DNA of 64,000 bases from Podarcis vaucheri (lineage: Eukaryota). Both the position numbers and the translations under genes were made by a program. This document shows, piece after piece, positions 43,101 to 56,627 of this stretch. The number at the start of each line of letters is the position of its first letter. The stretch's first letter is position 1. A model generated the notes under the pieces. It was given only the letters and a program-made list of their open reading frames with translations, was not told where the DNA came from and did no database searches. The DNA is taken from NCBI GenBank assembly GCA_965113315.1, contig OZ220367.1; one strand, 5' to 3'.

Positions 43101-46100
43101 GTAATTCAGCTGAATGTATTTCAAATTCTTTGTGAGGTCTGGGAGGCTTCTCTGTTATTTCTGAAAGTTTGACTGAATTGCTACAAAGTTTTGTATATTC
43201 ACCACCTAATCTATGACATAATTCATTGATAATGACATCACAGTCACCAAGAAGCTCCACGTCGAAGTGTAGATGAGGCAATGGTTCCCTATTAATTAGA
43301 ATCTGAGGCACTTCATGTGGGATAGAACCTACATGTTTACGAAAAATAAAACAAAATGTATGTTACAGAAATATAATGTCAACTGTTATTAACAAATGTG
43401 ACAACTAGTTTTAGGAACTACTTGTAAATGCACTAAAAAGTGGCCTAGAATTCTGCTTCTGCAATATTACTTAATAGTATGTAAGATAAATACACTCCTT
43501 TCTCTTATATTCCTCCCAGATCTAAAAAACTCTCTAAATTCAATAATTACAGCACTGTACAGCATGACAGTTGTATGGAAGCTCCGTATATATTTATTCT
43601 GAAACAGAGACTCCCCTCCATATGCCTAAGAGATGAGCAATCAACACTTACTTGGAATTAATGCAACTGGTCTTACTTTAAGTGAAGACCCGATAACAAT
43701 GAGAAGATCAACCTCATCTTTGTCATACTTCATGGCCCTATGAAACTGCTCAGGTAGATTTTCACCAAAGAACACTATTTCCGGCTTCATGATGGCAAGT
43801 GGTTCATCAGGTGAACATCTGGGACATCTAGGAACAACCTGCATACAGAAGGTTGCATTTTTAGTTTTATAGAAGCTAAATTCAATTAGCAAATCACTGG
43901 GTCAAAACATTAGCTGCAACAGATTTATTAAGAAGTTCAGATTGCTATAAAAAATGACTGATGTTATAATCCACAGCTTTTCTAAATAATATTCCAAGTG
44001 TAACAAAACTGATGATGACATGCAAGTATGAATTGAAGACTAATACTTTAACCAGTTTTTTCCCCATGAAGCACCTGAACAAATTATTTTTAAACTCGTT
44101 AAAACGTTAATTACAATTTTCCAGAGAACTATTCTATGAATAATTTACAAATATTTCCTCTCATCTGTCCCAACAAAGAGAAGCACAGCACATGTTGCAT
44201 ATTTATCAGCTTTTGTGAAGGATTGCCTCACATATGTATTCTCTCTCTATTGTACAGAAACAAATTATGATGCATACAATGAAGATGCATCAATTAAACA
44301 TTAGAGTCATGTGTTTCCATAGCCAGCATGGAAACCCAGGTTACTAGCCTCTTAGCAAGCTTATAATAATTTTTGCAGGGTAGCAGTTTCCAGGGATGCC
44401 TTAGTTCCTCCTTTTCTAGTCTCACAAAGCCTTTCCTCCAAATTCTCAGTCTACTGTCACTATGCATCCTTGATTCAACCACCTTGTCTCCAGACCCCCA
44501 TCCTTTAGTTTCCCTCCTCCTAATCTTCCCCAAAGAGCTTACAAATTATATCCCTGCTTCTTTCCCTAGAGCTTACAAATTATATCCCTGCAACTTTCCC
44601 TTCCCAAATGGAAGGTGGACTGAAATCATTCTGACACTGCTAGCTCTAATCTTAGGCAGCTGAGCTAAAATACTTAGGGAAATAAAAGTGTCCTCCAGTG
44701 AATGACAGGTCAAGCGTCACATCTGAACTAACCTACAAGAAATATTCTACTTTGAAGAATCTTTCCAAGCTGCTTTGAGCTCAACTGAAGAAATGGTGAA
44801 ATATAAATATAATGTTATGAGATTTGGGATTGGGAAGATTCCAGACCCCTATAAGCCCTGGATCCAGCAAGTGTTAAAAGCTAATCAAACCAAGCTAGCT
44901 TTCTGAACCCCTAGGTAAGCATCTGGAACCTCTGGAATTTTGCACTGCTTGGAGATTGGAGTGGCATGCAACAATGATAATAAATAAGAACTGCACTTGT
45001 CTGGAGAACTACAACTGTTTCTATGTAAACTGAATTCTTGAACTGCTGCAGTTCACATTTCTAGATATAAGGATAACATTTTATCTGATAGTTATTAACA
45101 CTCATACTTTTTGTTCATTAACAGTGCATTCCTAATCATGTTTGCACAGAAGATCAGTTAAGCTTAGTGAGCCTTACTCCTTAAGCCTGTTTATGAATGC
45201 AGCCTTAAATGTACCTGATAATATTTATGGTTTTATTCCTACCTGATTGAAAATGTCTCCTCGAACAACTTCACAATCAACTTTGTATTTACAGATGAGG
45301 CAAGAAGCTGTTGCAAAGGAACCTGAAACACATGCACACACCAGAAAGCAAATAAGGATGTATGCAGTTGTCTGGATTCATATATTAACCGACCTAGTTT
45401 ATTCTAGTCATACTGATCTGAGCATAGGAACACATACAAACATATATGACTTAATTTGCACGTTCACATTTAGCTGATAAAATTCACTGGATTATATCCA
45501 GTTAGTCATACTTAGAGTAGGCCCACTGTAAGCAAACCCTTGGATTCCAATGGGTTCACTCCAAGTATTAATTAGTTGAATACTACCCATTGTTGTTGTA
45601 TTTCATTTGTTCATCCTGAAAATCTATGGGGGCACTGCAATAGAATTCACTGTCAGGGAGCGGAAGCACAATCCTCTTCAGATGTATTCATAAATGTACA
45701 GTTCAAAACATTTATCCTATTCTATATTCTCCAGGAACTAACCAAGTGAGAGATATGCAAAATGCTGAAAGATTCCACATATCCCTTAAAATTAACATGA
45801 GATCTAGATAGAATTTAAGATTGACTAACCATGACATTGGATTATCCTTTGAATTCCTGCCACTTGTTCCAGTGTATCTATGTTCTGAGTATAATTGCGA
45901 AGCAGTTTTTTTTCTTTATCCATCAAAGCTATAAATTTATGACAGAGAGATGGTTGAAACTGTCCAGGATATATTTCCTGTAGAATTTTTTAAAAAGCGA
46001 AAAATAAATTTTGCTAATATCACATTTCAGTTTTTGTTTTAAAGATCAGCCACCATACATTAGCTATTGCTTGCTAGAACCAACATTTTCTTAAACTGAT

Positions 46101-49100
46101 TGTAACTTGTGTTAACCTTTCGGCTTGGAGAAAATACTACTAATATACATCATTAACTTAAATGGGGAAAATGTATACACCATCTCCTGCCACCCCCATT
46201 GAACATATGACATGCTATGCACAGCTTAAATATGGAATCATGTCCAGTGCTGCTGTTCTGATAGCACAGCATACTTCCACATGCAACAGAACTTCCCCCT
46301 CCTATCCTTTCCTTTGAAGACCTCCAGGGATTCTCAAAATCTGCTCCAGAGGGCTGCAGGAGCCTTCAAAGGGTATTTTGAGGCAGCACAGGGAGAAGAG
46401 AGAAAGGGGAAGTCCAACTTTGTGAACAGTACTCTGCATGCGCACAACCTTAATACAACCCACTCCTCTGAAAAAGTATATCTTCCAAGCCCCGAAAATG
46501 TTGATCATTACAACTGTTGATCAGTGTTAATCTTTAAAAGTATGAATGAAAAGAAAAGCTATTTAGCATGCACAATCCTACATCCAGAAAGATCCCCAAA
46601 TGAATTATAGGTTGTACTAAAAAAAGTATACAGACAGCCCCCTTTTATGTGGGAGTTATGTTCCGAGGCACCACGTGCATCAGTGAAATCACATATAATT
46701 GAAACCCACTGAAAAATCTTTGATTTTACATTTTACTAGCATTGTACATATTTATGTTGGTCAACTTAGCTTGTGCCATTTTCATTAATTATGTTATTAA
46801 ATTTATGAAAGATACAATTTGTTTATAAATTGGAAAGCTTCCAAAACAATATTATTGCTTTTTCAGCGGACGCCTTAAGTTTAAGCCAAAAATATTTATG
46901 CCATAGCTTGGCATATAAATACACCGTCAGAAAATTAGTTTTCACCACCCGCCACCATCAAACAAGATTCAGTATATGCAATGCTATTGTAAAGTCATAA
47001 ATCATAATGGCATTTAAACATTTGATTGTATTCAGAACTGTCCATGAGTGGAATAGACTTTTAGTCACACTGAAGTATTTCACTTTCCTCTTCCCATCCA
47101 GACACCATCAAAATCTGATTCAGAGTAGGGAAGGAGATCATCTTAAACTTTTTTTTTGGGGGGGAGGGGGAACCCAGAGGCAGGAGGAGGGCTGGAGAGG
47201 AAGATGAAGTTCTACTGTGTAAGCTAAAGTTCACTCACACATTTGACTCCACCTATTTGTTATAAGCATATCGCTACTGTATCAAGTAAAAAAAAAAAAA
47301 AGAGTGGTGCCTTCTTAATAGGAGAAGCAACAGTGATAGTTACTCTATGAACTTTGGCTTCTTTAGTTTCTTTATATCCCATAAAAATAAGAACCACTAC
47401 AAGAGAAAGAGAGCACTGATTATTACTCAAACACACTACACAGCAAGCATGACATCATTATTTGCAATTTTATATTGGTGCAATAATCAATGTGCACCTT
47501 TGCTCATGTAAGGGCATAACAGCTTTGAGGAAAACTGTCTTTGTTTTAGATACATAAAGATTATAGGTTGTTTAAATGTATCTGTTTTTCATACAAGCAA
47601 GAGAGAAAAGGCACCTTTGCAAACTTAAAAAACGGCCTTGGATCTTTCCTGAAGTAATCAATATCAAACATTGCTTGAGGATCAGGAAGATCTGGGAAAT
47701 CTACTGCAAGGCGTGCATAGATACCGTCTCTTGATCTGAAGTCAGGGATTCCACAAGAAACAGATACCTGAAATAGGTTACATACCATAATAAATATCAA
47801 TTGTATATTATAACAACATTTGTTGCTGTAAAATATTTGGACTATACACTGTAAAATTTAATGTTTAGAGATTTTTAAAAGTGAGAGGTTTATAAATGCT
47901 TTTAATAACTAACTAAATAATTAACTAAAAATAGTCACACACCCCAACTGTTTGCTTATTTTCTTTCGGCAAATAAATTATTACTTTTTTTTAGAACTAT
48001 CCATTATTCAGGTACCTAAAAAACTGCAGATTAGGAAATTCCACTTACAACTATAGCAAAACTACTTATGAGAACCCAGCACAATATGCATACAGGCTAG
48101 AGAACTGCAGAGTTAATTAACGTTTCAGTTCAGTCACTTTAAAATCAGTAAGACTTTTCTTAACAGGTATCATCTTGGTTCCAGACAAATGAAAGTAGGT
48201 AGTGTGATTCTATTCAGGGCATTAGTTGCTGCAGAACAAGCTTCTGCTTGCACTCCAACTAAAGTCATTGTATATGATGCAAATGACCATCGCTGCCAAG
48301 TTCTACCACTTACTTCCTAAAACTCTGTCAAATGCTTTACTAGTAGTGTCCAACTGTAAAATTCTATGATACTACAATGGTTTGGAAATAGGCTGAAATT
48401 ACACTGCTTCCTCAGTCTCCGAGAGGCTGGCCAACAATAGTGGGTTACCAGAAATTAGTTATTTTCCTTAGTCTTTCTACCTACCTTTGAAGATTCACTT
48501 GCATATACTTGAACTACTGAAACAAGGGTAGCTGCTTGTGCCTCAATGAAAGGTCAGTGCTTACAGTATCAGAGCGAGGGAATTAAATGTTTCTTCGTGC
48601 TAGTGATAGAAGTTAGTTGCTCATCCCTTTGCTCAGGTGCTCTGCAGGATGCACAATGAGACTCTGTCTGCTTGTTTGGATGAATGCTCTCCCCTCCACC
48701 ACCACTGCACACTGTTCTAGGAGTTCTCCCACCCCTCCAAATCTGATGGGGGGGGGGGAGAGGACACGAATGGCACTTGTTGCACTGGCTCCCACAAGTG
48801 CAACTAGTTTAATCTGGGCCGCAGTACAGAATTGTTGCCCACGATGAAAGGTCTTAAAATCATTGCATTTGCTACAACATTCACATTCCACTAGGGCACA
48901 CAGGTATCTTTCCTTCAGCATATTTGGGCACATGGGATATAAATATTTTCTTAAGAACTGTGAGCTTTGTGATATGGACAACCATCCCTTGCTGGTGTTG
49001 GATATAGAAAGACATCTGCCCAGGAGTGACTCTAGCATTACTGTAGCACAGCAGAGAGCAATCCATTCACATGATCCACATACTTGCATCAGAATAATTA

Positions 49101-51897
49101 AAATCTCAAATAATGTTCTACTTATTCTATTCAACATTAGATACATACCCCAGCTCCTGTTAAGACAATTATTTTTTTGCACTCTTGTAGTAGTTTCACA
49201 GCATCCTCTATTGTATTGATATCTTTTCTCTTTTTTCTTTTAGGTGGTTCTGACAGGATATTAATAACAATTTGCCATAATGTCATGTCATCAAGTTCAG
49301 GAGGCGGAATAGTTTCTGGCAACAAGTCTTTCAGAATTGCACGTGGATCTGTGCCTAGCATGAGATGTTGTTGGACAAAAGTGTATGGGCCTGTAATAGA
49401 AAATAAAGCAATTGTCATCTGACTGATGCAGAATATTCAGCTGATGGAGAAAATTCTGCAACATTTTTTGTTTATCACATTTTCAACAGAGCAAGTAGCA
49501 TACCAATCTGAAAAATGTGTAATGTACTGCACACAAAAGGGCATGCATTGGCATCATGGGTGAGGCATCCTGTGAGCAACAAATAACCACAGCATTTTTG
49601 TATTAATCCCATGAATAGGATAATTGGTTCCCATATCTTTTTTCCTTTGTGGGGTAAAAGCAGCTAAGGAGATTATTTTCAGTAAGAAAACAATTCAAGC
49701 GGTAGGGCAGAATTAATCCCCAATTCAGATTGCAACCTCAGTTGCTGCATAAAACAAAGGGAAAAATCGGTGGAAAAAAATTACAGAACTACATGTAATG
49801 TGAAAAGGCTTTGGGAGTAAACCCTAAGGAACAATCTGTGCCTGCTGCCTTGCAGGACATCCTTGGGAGAAGAAAAGGCATGGGAGTAAACCCTGCAAAA
49901 ATTAGGAGTGGAGTCTCTAAGGCACTTGGATGGTGTCTTGTATGCCTCCTTCCCGCAACTCCAGCCACCAAGCTGGTGCCAAATGTATTGCTTTCCTTTC
50001 CTTTGGACCACATGAGCAAGTGTGAGAGAGGGTCTTGTTGTCTGGGCAGCCCAGGACCTCCATACACACTGCTCAGGCTTGCACCTCGGATTGCCCTCAA
50101 CTGCCAATTCTGGATTTAGATCTGAGGAAAGAGATAGAGCACTCCATAGTTCTGTGCAGTGTAGAGGTGATAATATGGAAGGATAAAAGCAGGGGCAATT
50201 TGCCACTCAGCTACTCTTCCAAGGTGAAACTCATGCCAAGGTAAGCAGCAAAATATACAGGCACCTCAACAAACCACTCAGAGTTCAGATTTACATGAAG
50301 GAAAGACAACAGTGTCACAAATATATAGATATGACTTGCCCAAGAAAATAAAAGCAAGAATGAAGGTGTAATCTTACAAGATATTTAATTGGAACCCCTA
50401 TATTGAATTCTAAACATCTACCTATACGTGGCCTTGGAGTCCAATCACTGGAGCTTGCATGAGAGGCTCTATCATCTTCATCACTCTCACAGGAATGGAA
50501 GCCGTTTGCAATTATTTCATCATTAAAAAACATATTGTCTGAAAGACATTAAACAGAGAAAAACTATTATCAGATAAAAGTAGGGCCATCACATTTAGAA
50601 CAAGTTATGCTGTACTTCACCTACAAGAAGTTGCAAGATTCCTTTTAAACTGGGATTTAATCATGTTTACATCATTCATACTCATTTATGTAAGCTTTAG
50701 GTACCGTTGAAATAATAGGTGTGTAAGATTTGTTTTAACTTCTGTATCTTCAAGAGTTGCATAGAAGAGGGTGCTTCGCCTCCACATGATGCACTTGCCA
50801 TAGAAGTCAAAAAAACCTAGCTTGCCCAAGATCCCTGTATTCTGCACGGGATTACTAGCTTTTTGCTACTAAGCAAACCGTCAGCCCAAGTGAAACTGGC
50901 TTCGGTCAACTTTATCCTCCTAGGCACAGGCTGCTATTCAAGGCTGCAAGTTATATGCAGTTACAGCAAACTTGTATAGGACCAGGCTGCACGTTTAGTC
51001 GCCTTCTCCCAGCTTTCTTCCCCCACCCGCTCCCGCGGTGACAAGTGGATGGGATGGGAGGAGCCACAGATGACTGCAAACATTAAGACTGTGTTTAGGA
51101 GGATTTCCCAAGGCCTTCGGCTCTTGAAGATCGAGGGAGGGAGAAGGACTAAGCAGTGCCTTGACTTCCCTCAGCCCCGACTGCGCGAATCCCATTGAGC
51201 TGGGGTTAGAAGAGGATGCCGGTGTTCTCGGGTCCCTCCCTCCCGTGCCGCTAAAGGGCAGGCCGAGCGGTGCTGATGCTGCTGCTCCTCCTCCGTGACC
51301 CGGTCGCTGCCCTGCGCCCACCTGCCGCCCCCTCCGCCTCTGGAGCGGCTCCTCACCTGGGCGCGCGGCTGCCTCCGCAGCGCCGTTCGAACACTGCGCC
51401 GCCCCGCAGCCAATGGCCGCCTCCGCTGCCTCTCCGGCGGGCGCCGCCTCTGCTCCCTCCCCTTGGCTCGGCCACCACCTCGGCAGCGGCGGCGGCGACA
51501 ACTGCTGCAGTAGTGGCTGCGGCGGCGGCGGCACCTCCTCTCGGGCCAGGCCCCACCGCCTCAGCCCAGCGCAGCCCCAGCCTTCCTCTCCTCCTCTTTC
51601 TCCCACCGCTGCCGAGGCCTCTCCCGGGTCGCTGTTGCCAGAGGAAGCAGCAGCGACCTCTTCCTCCTCCGCCAGGGCCTCCTCTGCGGCGCCTCCTATG
51701 TAAAGAGGCGCCTCCGCCTCTCCGCCGGCTTCCTTCGCGGCCGAACAGGCCCGGCCGGCGCTGTCAGTGGAGCCCCGGCGTTGACGCTTCACAGCTGGCT
51801 CCGGGCTCTCCGAGGCGCCTGACACAGCGCCGCCGCCGCCGCTGCTGCCGCGGCCGCCGCTCCGGCACTGGAGGAGCGGCGTCTCCCCGTCCGCCAT
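39884..51897 (-). CDS. SIRT1: NAD-dependent protein deacetylase sirtuin-1, whole coding span, 9 exons, 784 aa
   Basis: Exons total 2355 nt with consistent phases; motifs [29 protein letters not shown] (catalytic His), CxxC/CPRC zinc site, [15 protein letters not shown]. Confidence 0.97.
42753..43328 (-). CDS. SIRT1: SIRT1 exon 8
   Basis: [17 protein letters not shown]...EQISKRLD. Confidence 0.95.
43652..43838 (-). CDS. SIRT1: SIRT1 exon 7
   Basis: [26 protein letters not shown]...RPVALIP. Confidence 0.96.
45243..45322 (-). CDS. SIRT1: SIRT1 exon 6
   Basis: [27 protein letters not shown]. Confidence 0.96.
45830..45977 (-). CDS. SIRT1: SIRT1 exon 5
   Basis: [49 protein letters not shown]. 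Confidence 0.96.
47615..47767 (-). CDS. SIRT1: SIRT1 exon 4
   Basis: [15 protein letters not shown]...PFFKFAK; donor gtgcct is weak. Confidence 0.95.
49149..49390 (-). CDS. SIRT1: SIRT1 exon 3
   Basis: [17 protein letters not shown]...PPKRKKRKD...IVLTGAG. Confidence 0.96.
49808..50125. mobile_element. Probable old retroelement fragment in SIRT1 intron 2
   Basis: Duplicated gggagtaaaccct motif and composition unlike the flanks; family not determined. Confidence 0.35.
50422..50538 (-). CDS. SIRT1: SIRT1 exon 2
   Basis: [39 protein letters not shown]. Confidence 0.95.
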
Positions 51898-52210
51898 CTT
51901 GGAGAAGGAGCAACTACTCCCTCCCTCTCTCTCTCTCCGCCCGCTTGCTCGCTCTCACCCCCACCTTTCCCCGTAGACGGAAAAGACAGCCCCCCCCCCC
52001 GCACCTCTCGCTCACACACACAGAGATTTAAACACGTCACGTGACCCCGTCGACGCCCACGCGGGCAGCCGCCCAGCGTAGGGCCGCAACAACAACAAAC
52101 TGGATCACGTGACGCCGAGCAGGCGCGGGCAGGGGGTGAAATGACGAGGCGGCTAAATTGCGGGGTCCGCAGTCACGTGACACCCCCCCCGAATTTTTCT
52201 GACGTGCCCA
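51150..52210 (-). promoter_or_regulatory. SIRT1: SIRT1 CpG island and core promoter with three TCACGTGAC E-boxes and a TTTAAA TATA-like box
   Basis: GTCACGTGAC 52036-52045 and 52172-52181, TCACGTGAC 52105-52113, TGACGT about 52200, TTTAAA about 52027-52033. Confidence 0.85.
51357..51897 (-). CDS. SIRT1: SIRT1 exon 1
   Basis: aagATGG start, [10 protein letters not shown]...PAVKRQRR (NLS-like)...EAAARP, donor gtgagg. Confidence 0.9.
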
Positions 52211-53702
52211 CCTTTATATGTTAAAAAAAGATTAATTCACCTATATTTTGTCGACTCTTTTATAATAAAACTTGAAACTAAAAATACCGTAACGAATTCC
52301 TTTGGATTCTAACGTAACTTATGGAGTGCGGAGTAGGGGGGAGAGGAATCCCTTTGAATTCAGTGGGATTTATTTCTGAGTGAATATGGATAGGGAGAAG
52401 ATCGTTATATGCTTTTGTAGTGTTTGGTGTGTTCCCTCCCCCCCCCCCAAAAAAAATGAATAAAAGCGAAAGGAGGATAAACAAAAGAACTGAGGGAGGA
52501 AAGAGGAAAGGCGCCGACGCAGCAACTCGTTGAAGGAGCAGCGAAGGCTGGATGGGCGAGCAGCTCCCGGGTTCTGCTCTGCCTGGGCAAAGACTGTAAA
52601 GAAGGGAAAGGGCGCTAGTGGGCCGGGAGTCGCAGCAAGCTCTGGAAAGGGGTCGTGAGGGGAGGAGCCTTAAGAGGCAGCAGAAGGCCGCCGCCTTCGG
52701 CAGAATGAAATACTACACACATTAAGGCAGTTAAAGGTGGGATTTAATAATGCACTCATTAAAATAAGCATCAGCTTGTAGATTGGAAACACACTGAAAT
52801 GCTTACAGTACCTGTTTTAAATACTTTAAAGCTTTACATTTCATGCAAATGTAAAGCAAAGCTGCAAAGTTTAAGCACCACAACGCTATACATAAAAGCA
52901 GATAAAAATAGGTAGGTAACTAATTCAGCATCCTGTGCGAGTCATCTACACGACGCCAAACAAATTGGGGCAGGCTTCAGAAGGAACGTGTTTAGGAATG
53001 CAAGTGATTTTTCATGGTGTTCTGGGTTTCCTTTTGCTTTTTAAGTAACGTTCATAGCTCCTGTTTTGGCATCTCTATAAATATAAATCTGTAATCAAGA
53101 CAGAGTGCAGTAGAAGTCAACCTCTTTTTTCCACTCTTAAACATACTTTTCAGGTTAAATTTGTTTGTAAAGGAGACAAAGGAAAGCACCCTTGTCCCTA
53201 CAAGTCAATTCAGGTTAAGAGCCTGATGTATTTGCTGGTATTGTAAACACATTTTCCATACTTGTGGACATAGCAATTCATTTCAATGCATCATTTACCT
53301 GTTTTTCAGGTTTTTTTAAAAATGGTTTCATAAAGATTATGGTATAGCTATAGTCACATTGGGTGCTTTCCAAAGGACTCATACACTCACTAAAATTGCC
53401 TTAGGGTATGTCTGTGCCAGCTGTTTTTCACTTGATTTGTTCCTGAATTTGGTGTATAAAGAACCTATCTTTTTCACTTCTAGCATGACCTCAGTAAATA
53501 GATATCTGTCACCTTAATATATAACACAGACATCTCAACATACTCTTCAATGCAGATGCTGCATTTTCGTTCTTTCCTAAATAATCAGAATTCCAGCATA
53601 ATCCTAACCCAAGATCTGTCAGGGTAAGAGAGTTTGGATTTGGTGGGCTTGGGGGTCTCTTGGCTCAGCCATGGCTGAGGTGGTTATATGCTGGCGCAAG
53701 TA

Positions 53703-53928
53703 CAGTGGTACCTCGGGTTACATACGCTTCAGGTTACAAACTTTGCTAACCCAGAAGTAATACCTTGGGCTAAGAACTTTGCTTCAGGATGAGAACAGAA
53801 ATCGTGCTCCGGCAGCGCGGTAGCAGCAGGAGGCCCCATTAGCTAAAGTGGTGCTTCAGGTTAAGAACAGTTTCAGGTTAAGTATGGACCTCCGGAACGA
53901 ATTAAGTACTTAACCCGAGGTACCACTG
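53703..53928. mobile_element. TA-TSD MITE family B, opposite orientation to the 25077 copy
   Basis: TA|CAGTGGTACCTCGGGTTA ... TAACCCGAGGTACCACTG|TA; interior is the reverse complement of the 25077 copy. Confidence 0.88.
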
Positions 53929-56337
53929 TACTTCACCCCAGCACAGCCAATGTGGAGTGCAAGTTCCCCAAAAGGGATGTTCTGGGAGTGGGGCAGGAGC
54001 ATGACAGGATAAAAACCTGTCACAAAGGGTGTCATAAGGCAAATTCCTCTGAATTCACCCTGAACAGAGTTTGCCACTAGTAACCTAATTTGGTGTAACT
54101 TGCATTACTTTCTATAGTTAATATTGCTCTGTAACTTGCTTCTCAATTTCTACCTATTCACCCATCCCCATGCTTAGATATACCTCATTCTCTCCCCTCC
54201 CTTTTCTTCTTGGTTAGTTTAGAATTGCATTCAGACAAAGGTGTTGGTTTGGGGACGGGGTTGGTCTTCTTTATTTGTTTCCATTCTTGAAGGCTAACAT
54301 TCAAATAAGCTAAATCATTTCTAAGCACAATGTAAACAATTATGCTGCGATTATTTTCACAGGAATACCAATTGTTTCAATATTGCATGTACTTTTTATA
54401 AAGAGCAAAACTATGTTTCTTATTTGCAAGTGTTACAATGGTTCAGTGACTAATGTTGCAATCCTGAACATACTTGCATAAGAGTGAGCTCCACTGAATG
54501 CAATGAGACTTCGAAATAAACATGCATGGTTCAGATGGTATTCTTACTGGGGGACGTGCACCTTACTCCTAGTAAATATGTGAAGGATCGCACTGCTCAA
54601 GGCAGCTAAGATCCTCAATAAATAGTATTCATTAACATATTTTTTAAAACTTTGAAAAGAAAACAGAGAATTAATAACTGTTTCAATGGGACTCATTGGG
54701 GGCCATAGAATGAAAAGGCTGGAGAGGAACCTTAGTGCCATCTAGTCCTCTGGAAAAGAGGTGGGAAGCAGTATTCTGTTCCCACAGAGACCAAACAGAT
54801 GCCTATGGAGCACCCCCCCCCCCCTCCAGCAGGACATGAGCACAAAAGCTCTTCCTGGTATTCATACACATTATTTCCCTGATACTGGAGACAGCACACA
54901 GCCATCATGACGAGTAGCAATGTCTTCCACCAATTTGTCTAATCCAGTTTTAAAGCCATCCAAATTGGTAGCAACCACCTTGTGGTAGCAAATTGCATAG
55001 GTTGATTATGTCCTGTGGTAAGAACTGCAACTTCGTCCTCTACAAGAATTTGAAGGGTTTCCTCTGTTGTAAATGTGGTGCTTTTGAATGGTATGGACTC
55101 CATCCTGTTCTGCTTCTTTGATGATCCACACTATAGCTGGTGACCAGTATGAGACACCTGTGTACTGTTTTTTCTGTATATAGGGTTCAGTGCATAAATA
55201 TTTGCCCAAGGCCTTGTGATTAACTGTGGGACAGTTATTTTGGTACATGATGAACTAAATCAATGAAGCATTTTCCAACAAGCTGGCTGAACTGGTCCTA
55301 TTATACTATAACTGGTGATAGATATTAATGACAGCAGTGTCATTAATTAATTAATTGCAGTGTATGGCTTTCAGTGAGAGTAAACTCCACCTTCTAATTC
55401 TTCTTTCAAATCAATACAGAAATCTAGGCCATTCAGGGATGTTACCTTGCCCACTGCAAACTAGACTAAAGTTAGGTTGGTCTGTTCCTTATTACTGTAT
55501 TTGTGGATGTTACTCTGTAAACCAGAACTTTAAGCACAGGAGGTTTTTTAAAAAAATAAATGAAGCTGGGGAAAACATAATACCCACATCTGTCAGAACT
55601 TCAAATATTAGATTTCATCATCCTGCACGTCATGCTAGTACTCTCACTTGTAAAAAGATTGGGCAAACAGACTTGTACACAGTGTTTTGCAACTACATAG
55701 GCAAACTAATGGCAAGAATCCATTTAGATGTTGGCACTAATTCCTCGCTGTTATTTGTTGCATCATCTTTTAAATTGCGTTATGTGCCCTTTATAAATTC
55801 TTTTTAAATATATAGTTCTAAATTATCTGGATTTGATTTTCTTATTCTCACAAGTGAGAAGGAACATACTTTGTAGCTCCATTAAATAACTGTTATAATA
55901 CCTATTAAAACAAATAAATGTGAACGAATCGTAACAATGCCTTATCAAATCAAATTTAATCAGGAATTACAGTTTATATCAAAACTGTTTATTTGCAAAA
56001 CTAAGATTATGGCAAAAAATATTTCTTATGCTCTGAAACTTCCCTCTTTATTTATCTTAAAAATCCCTATCATGCCTAGTTTTCCAAAGAAAGTCAAGGT
56101 GGCTAACAAATCAGCAGCAAAACAATATAAAACAAACAACAACCCCCAAATTAAGCACATACCCGTGGCCAAAATATTAAACTAAAAGCAATTTTAACTG
56201 TTTCAAAACAACCATTAAAAAGTTAAACTCTTTACAGGTGGAAACATGAATCATAAAGCTGGATTCCCCCCCCACTCTGTAAACTACAAATCCCAGAGAG
56301 CTTTGCAATTGTAAACTGTGATCAGAATTCGCTTCCA

Positions 56338-56403
56338 CCAATAAGAGCAGGCTCATTCGAGGGTGTGCTTACAGAGTCTCGGGTGACATCTCAGTGTATA
56401 AAA
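56338..56403 (+). promoter_or_regulatory. Candidate DNAJC12 proximal promoter (CCAAT + TATA)
   Basis: CCAAT 56338-56342 and TATAAAA 56397-56403, about 150 nt upstream of the ATG. Confidence 0.45.
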
Positions 56404-56549
56404 CCATCTGTAGAGAAGCTTCGGCATCACTGCACCTATCGGTTTCTCTCTAATCACTTTAAATAGCTCTGAACTGGTTAAAAGACGCATTTAAGCTTTT
56501 TGTGTCTCTGTTTTCAGAAAGTGGGAAAGCGCTTGCCAGATTGAAGCAG

Positions 56550-56627
56550 ATGGATGCAATTTTGAACTGCAGACTGGAGGACATGGAAGATTTTTACAGC
56601 TTGCTAGGCTGTGATGAATTGTCTACA
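56550..56627 (+). CDS. DNAJC12: DNAJC12 coding exon 1
   Basis: MDAILNCRLEDMEDFYSLLGCDELST|gtaaga. Confidence 0.94.

Noticed and set aside
48613-49136. 189-aa Cys-rich minus-strand ORF beginning in SIRT1 exon 3 and running into intron 3
   Set aside because: Different frame from SIRT1, no recognisable family or splice support; likely chance or decayed repeat.
51270-52031. 253-aa plus-strand ORF antisense to SIRT1 exon 1
   Set aside because: Low-complexity antisense shadow of GC-rich coding sequence.
55355-55807. 150-aa plus-strand ORF upstream of DNAJC12
   Set aside because: Non-ATG start, AT-rich, no domain similarity or exon-like boundaries.
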